Counted from the stretch's first letter, positions 19,525-31,332 are shown. The stretch: DNA of 64,000 nt from an uncultured Acidobacteriaceae bacterium (GCA_964243475.1 CAXTEU010000002.1:15758-79757); one strand, 5' to 3'. Numbers and translations: made by a program. Notes: generated by a model not told the origin, from the sequence alone.

Positions 19525-21970
19525 CCATACGCCGAGACGAGGGTCCGTGCTCTCGCTTGGGAGATCCGTTGGGCTCGCGTTGATGCTGCAGTCTGCTGTT
19601 GCGTCAGCTGCTAAGGAAACGCTGCTGCTCGACGTGCAAATTAACGGACATTCCATTGGCAAAATCGGGGAATTTACCTTGCGGGACGGCGTTCTGCTCG
19701 CGACGCGGAACGAGCTTCACGAGCTTGGCATTCGTGGCCCACAGGGTCTCGTGTCCCGCGGATGGAAAGAGCAGAACGTTAGTCCAGACGGCCTGGTCGC
19801 GCTTTCGGACCTACCGGGACTGCACTGGCGGATCGATCAGCAGAGCCAAACCATCTACCTTCTCGCAACAGACGATCGTTTGTTCCCCAACATCCTTGAA
19901 AGAAACAACCACTCGAGGACACCAGACGATGCTGAGCCCCAGGTCGAGAGCGGGACCGGTGCCACGCTTAACTACGATGTCGTCACAACGGTCGAAGGTC
20001 GACAGGCCGGTTCAAGCAGTTCGTTCGATCTGCGTGCCTTTTCGCCTTTGGGTGTTCTCAGCTCCGGCATGCTGGCCTACGCCGGAGCCGGTACTGCCTC
20101 GACGAATCAGGCGTCGGCCAACAGCAGAACGGTGCGGCTCGATACGCTCTACACCTTTTCCGATGTGGGTTCCATGCGGCGATACAGCCTGGGAGACGTG
20201 ATCACCGGAGGATTAAGCTGGACACGGCCCGTTCGGCTCACCGGCGCGCAATTCCGTTCCGATTTTAGTCTCCGCCCCGATTTGGTCACTTTTCCGCTCC
20301 CAAGCTTTAGCGGTACGGCTGCGGTGCCGTCTACGGTGGACGTGCTCGCCAACGGCAACCTGGTTTTGTCACACCAGGTCGACGCCGGACCTTTCGAGAT
20401 TCCGCAACTGCCGGTCGTGAACGGCGCAAATACGATCTCGATGACCCTCACCAATGCGCTGGGCCAGCAAGTCAGCGTTACACGTCCTTTCTATGCAAGC
20501 GCCTCCCTGCTGTCTCCCGGCCTGCAAACATTTTCCGCGCAGGTCGGATTGGTGCGGCGGGAGTGGGGCCAGCTCAGCGACAACTACGGCAAGGCCGCTG
20601 CAATCGGCGACTACAGCTTCGGTCTGACCCGTGACGTCACCGTCGAGGCAAGCGCGGAGGCAACCCCCGGCACGACTCTCGCCGGTGGAGGCGCAGTCGT
20701 CGGTATCGGTTCGCTGGGAGTCCTTAATGCGTCAGCCACAGCGAGCTCCGGGTCAAGTGGTGGCGGCGCGCGAGTCTCGTTCGGCGCACAACGGCTCAGC
20801 AATTTCCTGAGCTTCGGGGTCTCCGAAATTATAGCGAGTCGCGGTTTTGACGATGTGGCTTCACTCAACGGAGATGCGATCCAGCGCCGCCTGCTAAGTG
20901 TCACCGGCGGCCTCGAACTTCGGCGGCTCGGCTCGCTCGGCGTCTCTTACGCGGAGACCCGGCAGGATGCGTCGCCACATCCTCTCAGTGGAGAGACAAC
21001 GGTCGGGCAGCACGGCCAGATCTTCTCGGCCAGCTACTCCCTGCAATTTTCCCGTCTGTCGATCTACGCCAACGAATTTCAAGATTTTTCCGACACCGGC
21101 GGTAACGGGATCCGTGCGGGCGTCATGATCCCACTCGGACGGCGGCAATCCGCCGAACTCAGTGGTGGATCCGGCGAAGGATACGGGGAGGCTCGTATAC
21201 AGAGGTCCGCGACCGAAATCGGTCAATGGGGCTACGACGCTTACGTCTCGGGCGGCGATCTCAACCATGCCTTCGCTCAGGCTCAACACAAGTCGCACCT
21301 TGGCCTCTTTACCGCCGGCATCGACCAGGAGGGAGGAGAGACCACACTCCGCCTTGAATCCCAAGGAGCTCTTTCGTGGATTGATCGGGCGGTCTTCGCC
21401 TCGAACTCGATTTACGACAGCTTCGCCATCGTCGACACAAATGGCTTGGCGAATGTGCACGTGCTTGAGGAGAATCGCGACGTCGGTATGACCAACGGCA
21501 AGGGTCGGCTGTTGGTGCCCGATCTACGCGCCTTTGAGCTCAACCACCTCGCCATCGACGCGAACGATGTGCCTGCGGATAGCACGCTGGACAGCGCCAT
21601 TCGCAACGTGAAGCCACAGGATCGCTCCGGAATCGTCGTCCGGTTTCCAGTCAGGATCAGCCACGCAGCCCTGCTGCGCCTCGTGGATGACGCGGGCGTG
21701 TCGCTCCCCATCGGAAGCAAAGTGGTGCTTCTTACCGCTCAGACGGTTTTTCCGGTGGGCTACGACGGCGAGGCATACGTTCAAGATTTGTTCGCGATCA
21801 ACCAGGTGGAAGCCGAACTTCCCGACGGTCGCAAATGCACCGCTGTCTTCGACTATCTCCCTGCAAGGGGAATCATCCCGAACATCGGTCCCTTGCATTG
21901 CAGGAGTCGGCATTACAGCACCACGGACCTGGCCGGCAACACCGCAGCCGCTCCTGCGGCGGGTCCCTGA
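19508..21970 (+). CDS. Outer-membrane fimbrial usher (CsuD-like)
   Basis: 820 aa; LGDVITGGLSW, GTAAVPSTVDV, GPFEIPQLP, VGYDGEAY. Confidence 0.9.
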   Translation: MPTVRNHTPRRGSVLSLGRSVGLALMLQSAVASAAKETLLLDVQINGHSIGKIGEFTLRDGVLLATRNELHELGIRGPQGLVSRGWKEQNVSPDGLVALSDLPGLHWRIDQQSQTIYLLATDDRLFPNILERNNHSRTPDDAEPQVESGTGATLNYDVVTTVEGRQAGSSSSFDLRAFSPLGVLSSGMLAYAGAGTASTNQASANSRTVRLDTLYTFSDVGSMRRYSLGDVITGGLSWTRPVRLTGAQFRSDFSLRPDLVTFPLPSFSGTAAVPSTVDVLANGNLVLSHQVDAGPFEIPQLPVVNGANTISMTLTNALGQQVSVTRPFYASASLLSPGLQTFSAQVGLVRREWGQLSDNYGKAAAIGDYSFGLTRDVTVEASAEATPGTTLAGGGAVVGIGSLGVLNASATASSGSSGGGARVSFGAQRLSNFLSFGVSEIIASRGFDDVASLNGDAIQRRLLSVTGGLELRRLGSLGVSYAETRQDASPHPLSGETTVGQHGQIFSASYSLQFSRLSIYANEFQDFSDTGGNGIRAGVMIPLGRRQSAELSGGSGEGYGEARIQRSATEIGQWGYDAYVSGGDLNHAFAQAQHKSHLGLFTAGIDQEGGETTLRLESQGALSWIDRAVFASNSIYDSFAIVDTNGLANVHVLEENRDVGMTNGKGRLLVPDLRAFELNHLAIDANDVPADSTLDSAIRNVKPQDRSGIVVRFPVRISHAALLRLVDDAGVSLPIGSKVVLLTAQTVFPVGYDGEAYVQDLFAINQVEAELPDGRKCTAVFDYLPARGIIPNIGPLHCRSRHYSTTDLAGNTAAAPAAGP

Positions 21971-22046
21971 CGTCGGAGGCGTCTTCCTGGCGCAGTTCAC
22001 TGCGTTTCATAGCGCGCAAAACCTAAAACGGCATGGAGTTCCGTCT

Positions 22047-22964
22047 TCAGTAAGTAACCGTTGCAGTCACAGTATCCGTGTACGAACCTGGCGTGGCGTA
22101 GTGGCTGGTGTATACGATCCCGTAGACGGTGAGCGCCTGCGCGGAGCCAGTGCCCGTGCCGGCAACAGTGTCGGTCCCCACGGTATTGCCCCACTCCGTT
22201 GATCGTGCCGAGTCCGAGAAGAAATGGTAAGGGATCTCCTCTCCCCCGGCGCCGGTCATGTAGCGCGTGTATCCGCTGGATTCACTCCCGATGCCGCCAT
22301 CCAAGCCAACGTTGTACGTTGTAGTGTCGGTACAGGTGACAGTAATTGTTGTGGTTGTAAGTGTCTGCGCTGTGGGAACGTAGTTGCCGAAGGCAAGTGC
22401 GCCGGCAGAAAGCGTGCAGTTCGCCACAACTGTGGCGGTCACCGTAAAAGTGGCCATCCCGTTGTACATCGTCGAGACGCTGATGGTGTCCGTGTAGGTG
22501 CCCGGCGGGACCACTTGCCCGGACGTCAGCTGCGGGTAGACATAGAAGGTTTGCGCCGACCCAGTTCCGGTGGATTGTTCGTATCCGGTTCCGCTGGAAT
22601 TACCCCAGTTCGACGTATGGGCAGAATTCTGGTAAAGACCGTAGCTGAGTGTGTAACTTCCGTTGGTCATCTTGCGAACGGTCGGGGAGGCTCCGCTCCC
22701 TTGTCCCGCACCGAGCAGGATCTGGTACGTATCGCCGCTCGGGCAAGTCACGCTTAGCGGAGAGCCCCCGAGGGAGACTGTGGATCCCGTGTAGTTTCCG
22801 AAGTTCACATTCGTCGCCGATACTGTACAGTTCTGCGCGATTGCGCCTATCGGAATCGAGAGCAGAACGAGCAGCAACCTAAAACAGAGCCGAATACGGC
22901 GTTGCCAAGTGATGGTGGAGCGATCCTGACACATCGACCGAATCTCTTGCATGGATTTGAGCAA
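22047..22964 (-). CDS. Tandem spore-coat-U-domain pilus subunit (CsuE-like tip candidate)
   Basis: Two SCPU repeats (NCTVSATNVNFGNY..PGTYTDTI; NCTLSAGALAFGNY..PGSYTDTVTATVTY). Confidence 0.85.
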   Translation of the reverse strand: MLKSMQEIRSMCQDRSTITWQRRIRLCFRLLLVLLSIPIGAIAQNCTVSATNVNFGNYTGSTVSLGGSPLSVTCPSGDTYQILLGAGQGSGASPTVRKMTNGSYTLSYGLYQNSAHTSNWGNSSGTGYEQSTGTGSAQTFYVYPQLTSGQVVPPGTYTDTISVSTMYNGMATFTVTATVVANCTLSAGALAFGNYVPTAQTLTTTTITVTCTDTTTYNVGLDGGIGSESSGYTRYMTGAGGEEIPYHFFSDSARSTEWGNTVGTDTVAGTGTGSAQALTVYGIVYTSHYATPGSYTDTVTATVTY

Positions 22965-23306
22965 TCCGCTATGTCACAGGGTCGCGAGTACATACAGTTG
23001 CAATCTCGTCCTTCTGTGGCATGTGATGGCGCAGAACACAACAGCCGCTGTACCCAACCATACTCAGGACGAGCGGCTCGCCTATTGCTCGAATGTGGTA
23101 CGGAGTCGAGAGGTGTCCTTCGTCGACGATGGGGGAACAAAGCTCTTCAGCACTGGCTTTCCCTTACTTTTTGGCGCCTAGGCAGTGTGGAGAAAACACA
23201 GGATGCCGATATCTGTGTTCCCTGGCCCACGACAGAGGCGCGAGGATTCTCGGGCCTGTGTCGCTCGCAGTAGACGTCCAATGCAATGTACTCTGAGGAG
23301 CAGGCA

Positions 23307-24797
23307 ATGGCGATAGACATAGGTGGCGTCAACACGGCGGGTAGCGCGACCGAGAGTGGTCTCGTTCTGAACGGCGTCACCGTCGTGAACACGCGCACAG
23401 GTGAGCTAGCGACAAATATGGCCGTCCACATCGTTCGCGGCAAGGTCCGGCAGATCGTTCCTGCCGGAGTTCTGCAGGACGGCGATGTCATCGAGGCTCA
23501 AGGTAAATTTCTGGTTCCCGGCTTCCTGGACATGCACACGCACGTTCTGCAGCAGGAGCACGCCATTGAAGCGAGCAGTGCCCTGCTGCTCGCGCACGGC
23601 ATCACCGGCATACGTCAAATGGCCGGTACGACCGAGATGCTGCGGAGGCGCAGAGCTGGGACCCTGAGCCTTGGGGAGCATGCGCCCGAGCTACTGACCC
23701 TGTGTGGTGAGATCCTTACCCCGATGAACGCAGCCACACCCCAGGCAGGGGTTGCGGAGGTGAAGCGGCAGCAGGCGGAAGGCGCGGACTTCATCAAAAC
23801 GATCTTTGTCTCGCCGAAGACCTTCTTTGCGACCCTTGAAGAGGCGAACCGGCAGGGGCTGCCGTACGACGGTCACATGTCGCCAGGGGTCAGCCTGTCC
23901 AAGGCTTCGGAGCTCGGCATGGCGGCCATCGAGCACCTTGGTCCTACGGAGTTGACCCTGATTGCGACCTCGACCAAAGGCTGGCTCATCAACCTTCTCT
24001 TGAAGCTCAAGCCGCCGAAGCCACCTGATCTCTCCCCCGAGGCCATGAAGAAAGCGGGCAAGATCATGATTGCCAATCCGATTCTTGGTCGCCTGAATAC
24101 CGACCCGGATGCTCTGACCAAGACCAGACGCCTGATCGATTCCTACAGCGATCGCAAAGCGCGTGAGCTGAGTGCCACATTTGTTCAGCATGGCACCTGG
24201 CAATGTCCCACGCTGATTCGCGATGCCACGATGCGGCTCGGGGACGATCCGATCTACACGCAAAGCCCAAACCTACGGTATGTGGACGGGACCCAGCGCG
24301 CCTTCTGGAACAGCGTGGCAACAACGTTCTCACAGAAGGTTTCGGCCTCCGGTCGTGACACCCTCAGGCGATTGGGTGAGATGGAGCTGAAGTTGACTAA
24401 AACCTACGATGAATGTGGGGTAAAGATGATGACCGGCACAGACTTCGGTGGGGGTTGGGTGGTTCCCGGAATTTCGCTACACCAGGAGTTCGATCTCCTG
24501 CAACAGGCGGGCTTGACACCGCTCAGAGTTCTGCAGATGACGACGCTCCGTGGGGCCGAATTCCTCAGGCGCGAATCAACCATGGGCACCGTCGACGCAG
24601 GCAAGGATGCAAACCTGGTGCTGCTCGACCATAACCCGGTGGAACGTGTTGGAAATCTGCATGGGATCCACGCTGTTGTTCGCGCCGGATCGTTCTATTC
24701 TAGGCAGGCTTTGGAGGAATTGAAGGAGCAGGTGGCCGGCCGCGTGGCGGCTGACGAGCCTGACCTGCACGATGCCGTGGATCAATCGATTCCGTAG
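23307..24797 (+). CDS. Amidohydrolase family protein
   Basis: PGFLDMHTH, YDGH, IEHL, GTDFG, GKDANLVLLDHNP. Confidence 0.88.
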   Translation: MAIDIGGVNTAGSATESGLVLNGVTVVNTRTGELATNMAVHIVRGKVRQIVPAGVLQDGDVIEAQGKFLVPGFLDMHTHVLQQEHAIEASSALLLAHGITGIRQMAGTTEMLRRRRAGTLSLGEHAPELLTLCGEILTPMNAATPQAGVAEVKRQQAEGADFIKTIFVSPKTFFATLEEANRQGLPYDGHMSPGVSLSKASELGMAAIEHLGPTELTLIATSTKGWLINLLLKLKPPKPPDLSPEAMKKAGKIMIANPILGRLNTDPDALTKTRRLIDSYSDRKARELSATFVQHGTWQCPTLIRDATMRLGDDPIYTQSPNLRYVDGTQRAFWNSVATTFSQKVSASGRDTLRRLGEMELKLTKTYDECGVKMMTGTDFGGGWVVPGISLHQEFDLLQQAGLTPLRVLQMTTLRGAEFLRRESTMGTVDAGKDANLVLLDHNPVERVGNLHGIHAVVRAGSFYSRQALEELKEQVAGRVAADEPDLHDAVDQSIP

Positions 24798-24858
24798 CCG
24801 TCGTCGTGAGCGCGAATGGTGCGCTCACGCGTTGCAGCGTCATGCTGGAAGTGTTTCA

Positions 24859-25257
24859 ATGAGTCCGTTGCGTAAGCTCCTCGCCATCGCGTTGCTGGTC
24901 GCCTTTGGGCTACCGTTTGCTTCCTCACTCTTCGCGCTCACGCCGAAGAGCAAAGTGAACCTGCCCGCCTGCTGCCGGCGGAACGGCAAGCACCACTGCG
25001 TGATGAGCATACCCGAGCGTCAAAACGCCACGAACGACGGGACGCAGTTCAGTGCACCACCAGACAAGTGTCCCTACTGCCCGAGTTCGATAGCCGCGGG
25101 TCACACCAACCCGCTTGCTTCTGGTGCTCACACCGCATCTGCATGCGTCCCCGTATCGAGTCACCCGGCCGGTCTTGTTCAGACCGAATCGAAGCGGCGC
25201 ATTTCGCGTGATCGCTCCCGGCAGAAGCGCGGCCCTCCAATACCCATCTTCCTCTAA
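24859..25257 (+). CDS. DUF2946-like leader protein
   Basis: N-terminal TM, ACCRRNGKHHC, CPYCP, C-terminal RQKRGPP. Confidence 0.75.
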   Translation: MSPLRKLLAIALLVAFGLPFASSLFALTPKSKVNLPACCRRNGKHHCVMSIPERQNATNDGTQFSAPPDKCPYCPSSIAAGHTNPLASGAHTASACVPVSSHPAGLVQTESKRRISRDRSRQKRGPPIPIFL

Positions 25258-25427
25258 GCAAGCAATCACCGACCTACGAGCCGGCAGTGAGTGCCAGTGA
25301 GCGTTCTGATGTCCAGAGCGCCCCTCGACGTCTCCTGTCTTCGTGACTTCAATCTATGTTCCGCCCATGCGGGACTGGTCGCGCTTTGACGCACCTTGCA
25401 GATTCTAGCGGGATCGACGGAGATTTT

Positions 25428-27755
25428 ATGAGATACAGGCTTCCTTTGGCATTTGCTTTTGTTCTTTCCCTGGTGCTGCCACTCTCAGTGGCACATGCGA
25501 GCATTTTTGGCCAAGTCCATGGGGTCGTTCATGATCCGCACCACCGACCGGTCGCGGGAGCGCAGATTGACGTTCACTCGGCCAACTCAGCATTTACGAA
25601 GGTGGCGACCAGCAAGCAGGACGGCTCGTTTTCCGTTGCCGCTCTTCCGCTTGGGGATTATAACGTCACGGTCTCGCAGCCTGGTTTTGCTCGCACAAGT
25701 CAGACGATCACGCTCGCCTCAGACACTTCCCCCATCCTTCATTTCGAACTCCAACTCGGCACCGTGGAGCAAACCGCCTCCGTGAGCGCGTTCGGCAACA
25801 CGGGAAACGTGAACACGGTGACCCCGACCACACTTGTCGACAGGCTGGACATCGTAGAAACACCCGGTGCGGACCGCACGAACAGTCTCGCCATGATTAC
25901 CGATTACACACCGGGCGCGTACATGACGCATGACATGCTGCATATGCGGGGCGGACATCAACTGAACTGGCAGATCGATGGTGTTGAGATTCCAAACACC
26001 AACATCGCAAGCAACCTTGCAGCCCAGATTGATCCGAAAGACATCGACTACATCGAGATTCAGCGCGGCAGCTACACCGCCGATGTCGGTGACCGTACCT
26101 ATGGTGTGTTCAACGTCGTCCCACGTACCGGCTTTGAACGCGACCGCGAAGCCGAACTCGTTCTGAGCGCGGGCAACTTCTTGCAAACCAATGACCAGCT
26201 CAATTTTGGGGACCATACTGGCAAGTTCGCATACTACGCCAGCGTGAACGGCAACCGTAGCGACTACGGTTTGGCGCCGCCCATCGCGCCGGTCTTTCAC
26301 GACGCCGACAACGGATACGGCGGCTTCGCCTCACTGATTTATAACCGCACGCCGCAGGACCAGTTTCGGCTGATCTCGCTGGTCCGCGAAGACCTCTTTC
26401 AGATCCCTTACGATCCCGATGCGAACGACTTCGAAAACCAGCAGTACAATTCGAGCGGTCTGCGAGACGTTCAGCATGAAACCGACGTAGCGGAGGCTTT
26501 CTCCTGGTTGCACACCTTCAATGCTTCGACGGTGCTCCAGATTTCCCCGTTTTATCACGACAACATGGTTGATTACGATTCGAACCCGAACGATGTTCCG
26601 GTTGCCACGACGTACGACCGTGCCTCAACCTATGGTGGTGCACAGGTGTCGGTCAACACTGTCCTCGATCGCAACAGCGTCCAGGCGGGGCTCTACTCCT
26701 TCGGCCAGCACGACCACTATGTGTACGGCCTGCTCTTCCATGACGGCAGCGGGACTGCGCCTGTCCATGAGACGGATTCGACAAACGGCGGCGTAGTCGA
26801 AGAGTACATATCGGACAACTACAAGGCGACCTCGTGGCTCACGTTGATTGCGGGTGTGCGCGCAACCCAGTTCCGTGCGGAGTTTGCGGAGAACGAGGTT
26901 GATCCCCGCTTCGGTGTTGCGGTGCGTGTGCCGAAGCTGAACTGGGTCTTTCGCGGCTTCTATGGCAGGTTCTACCAGCCGCCGCCGCTCGTAACCGTAG
27001 CCTGTGCGACAAGCACGTCATTCAGCATGAATGGCTGCAGCGTGCTTACGGTGGCGCGAAACAGCGGCGTCAGCTTCGCACCGCTGCATGGCGAGCGTGA
27101 TGAGGAGCACCAGTTCGGTGTGCAAATACCTTTCCGCGGCTGGTTGCTCGATGCAGACACCTTCAAGAACCGGGTCAACAACTTCCTCGACCACTCAAAC
27201 GTTGGTGAATCGAGCATTTACTTCCCGGTGACGGTCGATGGCGCGCTCATCCGTGCGTGGGAGTTGACGCTGCGATCGCCAAGGTTGTGGAAGTTTGGGC
27301 AGGCGCATGTCGCCTATTCGAACCAAATTGCAGAGCAACGTGGCAGCATCACAGGCGGCCTGATCTGCGATCCCGCCACGACCCCGCCGGGGCAGTGCGA
27401 TGCCGGCTTCGCCTACACCCCTGTGGACCACGATCAGCGCAACACCTTAAACGTCGGCTTCAACGCAAGCCTGCCCTGGCATGTTTCTGCCTCGACCAAC
27501 GTGTACTACGGCTCCGGCTTCGACAATGGCGACCCAGACTCGACGACGCCGTACCCAAACGAATATCTGCCTTACAACACGACTGTCGATTTGTCGGCAG
27601 GCAAGACGTTCAGCGAAAGGATCACAGCGTCTGTTACCGCAACAAACGTAGCCAACCGTCGAGTGTTGCTGGATAACAGCCTCACTTTCGGCGGTTTCCA
27701 TTACAACGACCCGCGTCAGATTTACGGTGAGATCCGCTATCGCTTTCATTACTGA
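25428..27755 (+). CDS. TonB-dependent receptor, probably metal-related
   Basis: Signal peptide, GVVHDPHHRP, plug YMTHDMLHMRGGH, IDPKDIDYIEIQRG, terminal YRFHY. Confidence 0.88.
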   Translation: MRYRLPLAFAFVLSLVLPLSVAHASIFGQVHGVVHDPHHRPVAGAQIDVHSANSAFTKVATSKQDGSFSVAALPLGDYNVTVSQPGFARTSQTITLASDTSPILHFELQLGTVEQTASVSAFGNTGNVNTVTPTTLVDRLDIVETPGADRTNSLAMITDYTPGAYMTHDMLHMRGGHQLNWQIDGVEIPNTNIASNLAAQIDPKDIDYIEIQRGSYTADVGDRTYGVFNVVPRTGFERDREAELVLSAGNFLQTNDQLNFGDHTGKFAYYASVNGNRSDYGLAPPIAPVFHDADNGYGGFASLIYNRTPQDQFRLISLVREDLFQIPYDPDANDFENQQYNSSGLRDVQHETDVAEAFSWLHTFNASTVLQISPFYHDNMVDYDSNPNDVPVATTYDRASTYGGAQVSVNTVLDRNSVQAGLYSFGQHDHYVYGLLFHDGSGTAPVHETDSTNGGVVEEYISDNYKATSWLTLIAGVRATQFRAEFAENEVDPRFGVAVRVPKLNWVFRGFYGRFYQPPPLVTVACATSTSFSMNGCSVLTVARNSGVSFAPLHGERDEEHQFGVQIPFRGWLLDADTFKNRVNNFLDHSNVGESSIYFPVTVDGALIRAWELTLRSPRLWKFGQAHVAYSNQIAEQRGSITGGLICDPATTPPGQCDAGFAYTPVDHDQRNTLNVGFNASLPWHVSASTNVYYGSGFDNGDPDSTTPYPNEYLPYNTTVDLSAGKTFSERITASVTATNVANRRVLLDNSLTFGGFHYNDPRQIYGEIRYRFHY

Positions 27756-28060
27756 TGATGACGGATCGAGCGGACAGCAAAGCTTGCCAGACTCGGCAGT
27801 AGTTGATCAGGTATACAAAGTGGCCCCGAGAGCGAAGCTAATAAGTTAAGTCAGAAGAATAGCGATTGACATAGACATTGCCCGAAGACATTTCGGAACT
27901 CCCTGCTATAACTGACAGGAGATATTGTCAACGTGGCAGATATTCCATTGCCGCTGTTTTCGATTGTCTTCCTAAAATTTTGCAATACGGTGCGAGACGT
28001 ACCGCGCATCGGCATCGGCAGCAGCAATCGGGCACTGCATCTGAGAGGATGTCCAGGCTC

Positions 28061-31000
28061 CTAATGAAAATCGTGAGATTGGAGAGTGATCTGTTCCAGG
28101 CCGAAGGCAAGCTCTTCTAGCCGCTCGGCTCGAACGTGAACAACACCGTCCTGGTTCTGGAGTCGGCCATGCACGAGGAAGAATCTGCCGCGTGTAACAA
28201 GCAGGCGGTCATAGTCGTATAGGTCGGGATGAATGATGACGTTCGAAATGCCGGTCTCGTCTTCTAGGCTGAGGAAGATGAAGCCCAGAGCCGTGCCAGG
28301 GCGCTGGCGAGCGATGACGGCGCCCGCATGAGAGACGTAGCTTTTGTCCGGGCGGGCGTGAAGTTCTGCAGCCGAGAGGATATGTGCGGCGCGTAGTTGA
28401 TCCCGCTTGAAGCTGAGCGGGTGCGGACCGGCCGTAACGCCTGTGCCAGCGTAATCGGCAACCAGCCGCTCATCGGTAGACATCCGGCGTAGCGGCGTGA
28501 GACCACGAGAACTTCCCAGCCACGCTGATGAGACCGCCATGGTTTGAGGTTCAGCTTCATAAGCTATGTTGAGTAGAGGTCCGGCGGGGCGGCCAATTTC
28601 CGCTACTTGCCAGAGAGCATCGCGGCGATGCTCGACGGATTCGAGCCAGTTCAGTGCGCCGATGCGCGCTAACTGCGCGAGGTCTTTCCGGCTCAGGGCA
28701 GATACACGCTGACTGAGATCTTCAATCGTGCGGAAGGGGCCATGCGCATCACGGGCAGCAACCAAAACCGCAGCGGTTGCGCGACGCAGGCCTTTGACGT
28801 AGAGCAGCCCAAGACGAAGCGTGAGAGAGCCGTCTGTTTCATGTTCCACCGTGCACTCATCGCGAGAGACCTGCACGTCGATGGGCTTGACGCGAAGACC
28901 GTGACGTTGCGCGTCTTTGATCAGCACAGCAGGCGTATAAAATCCCATCGGCTGGTTGTTCAGCATGGCGCAGGTAAACGCTGCCAGGTAGTGCACTTTG
29001 AAGTAGGCCGAAGCGTAGGCGATCAGGGCGAAGCTGGCCGCGTGGCTCTCTGGAAAATGGTACAAAGCGAAGCTCTGGATACTGCCGACAATCGCTTCCT
29101 GCGTATGCAGTTCAATGTTGTTGACCGCCATGCCTCGCGGAGCTTCGTCATGAGCGCCTCCATCCGCGCCCTGCTCCCGCGCATGCCGACAGCTTTTCGC
29201 AACTCCTCCGCCTCCGTGCCAGTAAAACCGCCCACGACCATCGCCATGCGTAAAAGCTGCTCCTGGAACAGTGGTATGCCCAGCGTGCGTTCCAGCACGG
29301 GTCGCAGGCTCTCGACCGGATAGGTAATTGCTTCTTCGTTGCGTCGCCGCCGCATGTAAGGATGCATCATCTTGCCGACGATCGGACCGGGACGGATGAT
29401 CGCCACCTGGACAACGATGTCGTAAAACCTGCGCGGTGCGTTCCGCACGATGGAGGCCATCTGTGCCCGGCTTTCTACCTGGAACATGCCGACCGTATCT
29501 GCCTTGCAGAGCGCATCGTAGGTGGCCTTATCGCCTTCTGGCAGTTGAGCAAGATCCGGGTGTTCGCCGTAGTGCTCGGGTACGAGGGAAACGCAATCTT
29601 TAAGGACGGCCATCATGCCTAGCCCGAGCAGGTCCACCTTAACCATGCCCATCGCAGCGCAGTCTTCCTTATCCCACTGAACGACGGTGCGGCCCACCAT
29701 GGAAGCTCGCTCCAGCGGTACGATCGAGTTAAGCTGACCCTGGCAGATGACCACGCCGCCAGAGTGCTGCCCTAAGTGCTTCGGCAAATCCTGAACGCGC
29801 TCGCAGAGCTCGATGTACTTGGCAATTCGGCGATGGCTCAGGTCGAAGCCGGCGTGCCGGAAGTTGTCGGCAAGTGTCTCGTCTTTTTGCTTCCACTCCC
29901 ATTGGCCGACAAGCCCGGAGAGACGATCCAGTGCCTCTCGATCAAAGCCGAGCGCCTTACCAACCTCCCGCGCCGCCGAGCGACCACGGTACGTGATGAC
30001 GTTGGCCGTCATCGCCGCGCCAAGCTCACCATAGCGCTGATACACATACCGAATCGCCTGCTCGCGCCGCTCACCGGATGGCAGATCCAAGTCGATGTCG
30101 GGCCATTCGCTTCGGTTCTCATTCAGAAATCGATCGAAAAGAAGGTCCATGCCGACTGGATCGATGGCCGTGATCTCCAGCGCGTAGCACACGACCGAGT
30201 TGGCCGCGGAGCCACGACCCTGTATGAGGATGCCATTGGCCTTACAGTATTCCACTAAGTCCCAGACGATGAGGAAATAACCTTCAAAGCCAAGCTGCTC
30301 GATGAGTTTCAGCTCGCGTTCCGCCTGCTGCTGTGCCTTGGCAAGGAGCGCGGCATCGTTCTTGGGCCGATAGCGATTAGCGATTCCTGCGGCAACGCGC
30401 TCACGCAGGAAGACCGCCATGGGCCTCCCATTCGGTGTTGGGTAATGAGGGAACTCATACCCGAGATCTTGAAGCGTGAACTCCAGGCGTTCCGAGAGCA
30501 GCAGCGTGTTGTCGACTGCTTCCGGCAGATCTCGAAAGAGCCGGCGCATGACCTGTGCGGAGCGCACTTGACGCTGCGAGTTGAGCGCCAGCAAACGCCC
30601 GGCCTGTTCTAGGTCGGTCCTGTGGCGGATCGCTGTAAACACATCCAGCACCTCACGCTCGTATTGCGTGGCATAGCGCACGCCGTTAGTTGCAAGCAGG
30701 GGAAGTCGCATTGATTCGGCGAGACGGAGTGCAGCTTGGTTGCGCCATTCTTCAGCGCGCTCGCCGTGACGTTGGAGTTCGATATACACGTTGGCTTGGC
30801 CATACAGCCGGACCAAGTTTTCCAGTAACGTGCGGCCTGCAGCTTCGCCGCCTCGGGTCAGCGCTGCGGCGAGCGGTCCTTCATCCCCCCCTGTCAGGCA
30901 GATCAGGCCGGGAGCGAACTCTGCCAAATCACTGATGGTCGCCATACCCTCGGCCTTGACGCGCTCGCGCATCTTGTACCGAGTGATCATGCGGCACAGG

Positions 31001-31320
31001 TTCTGGTATCCATTGCGAGAGACGCATAGCAGCGGCAGGCGTACCGGCTCAGGTGCATTGCAGTGCGGCGCCCAATCAGGCGGCTCTAACCGCAAACCCC
31101 AATCACCTACAGCAACTTCAGCGCCGACATGGGCGCGCATGTTATTTGCCTGCGCGGAAGCATGGAAGCGCGGTAGCCCATACACACCATTGCGGTCGAG
31201 CAGTGCCATGGCCGGCATGTCGCGCTTAAAGGCGGCACGAATCAGGTTTTCGGGCACGGACGCAGCCTCAAGAAAGCTGAACGCGCTGGCGGCGTGCAAC
31301 TCAATGTAGCCGTCCTTCAT
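28061..31320 (-). pseudogene. dnaE2: Error-prone DNA polymerase III alpha DnaE2 (ImuC), split by one frameshift near 29133
   Basis: [16 protein letters not shown] domain, [22 protein letters not shown]; second frame [21 protein letters not shown]. One extra G (GAG GGC ATG) joins the frames. Confidence 0.88.
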
Positions 31321-31332
31321 TCGTACCTGACC

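Noticed and set aside
27912-27929. TGACA-N8-TGTCA inverted repeat near a TTGACA
   Set aside because: Only 5-bp arms and no credible downstream gene.
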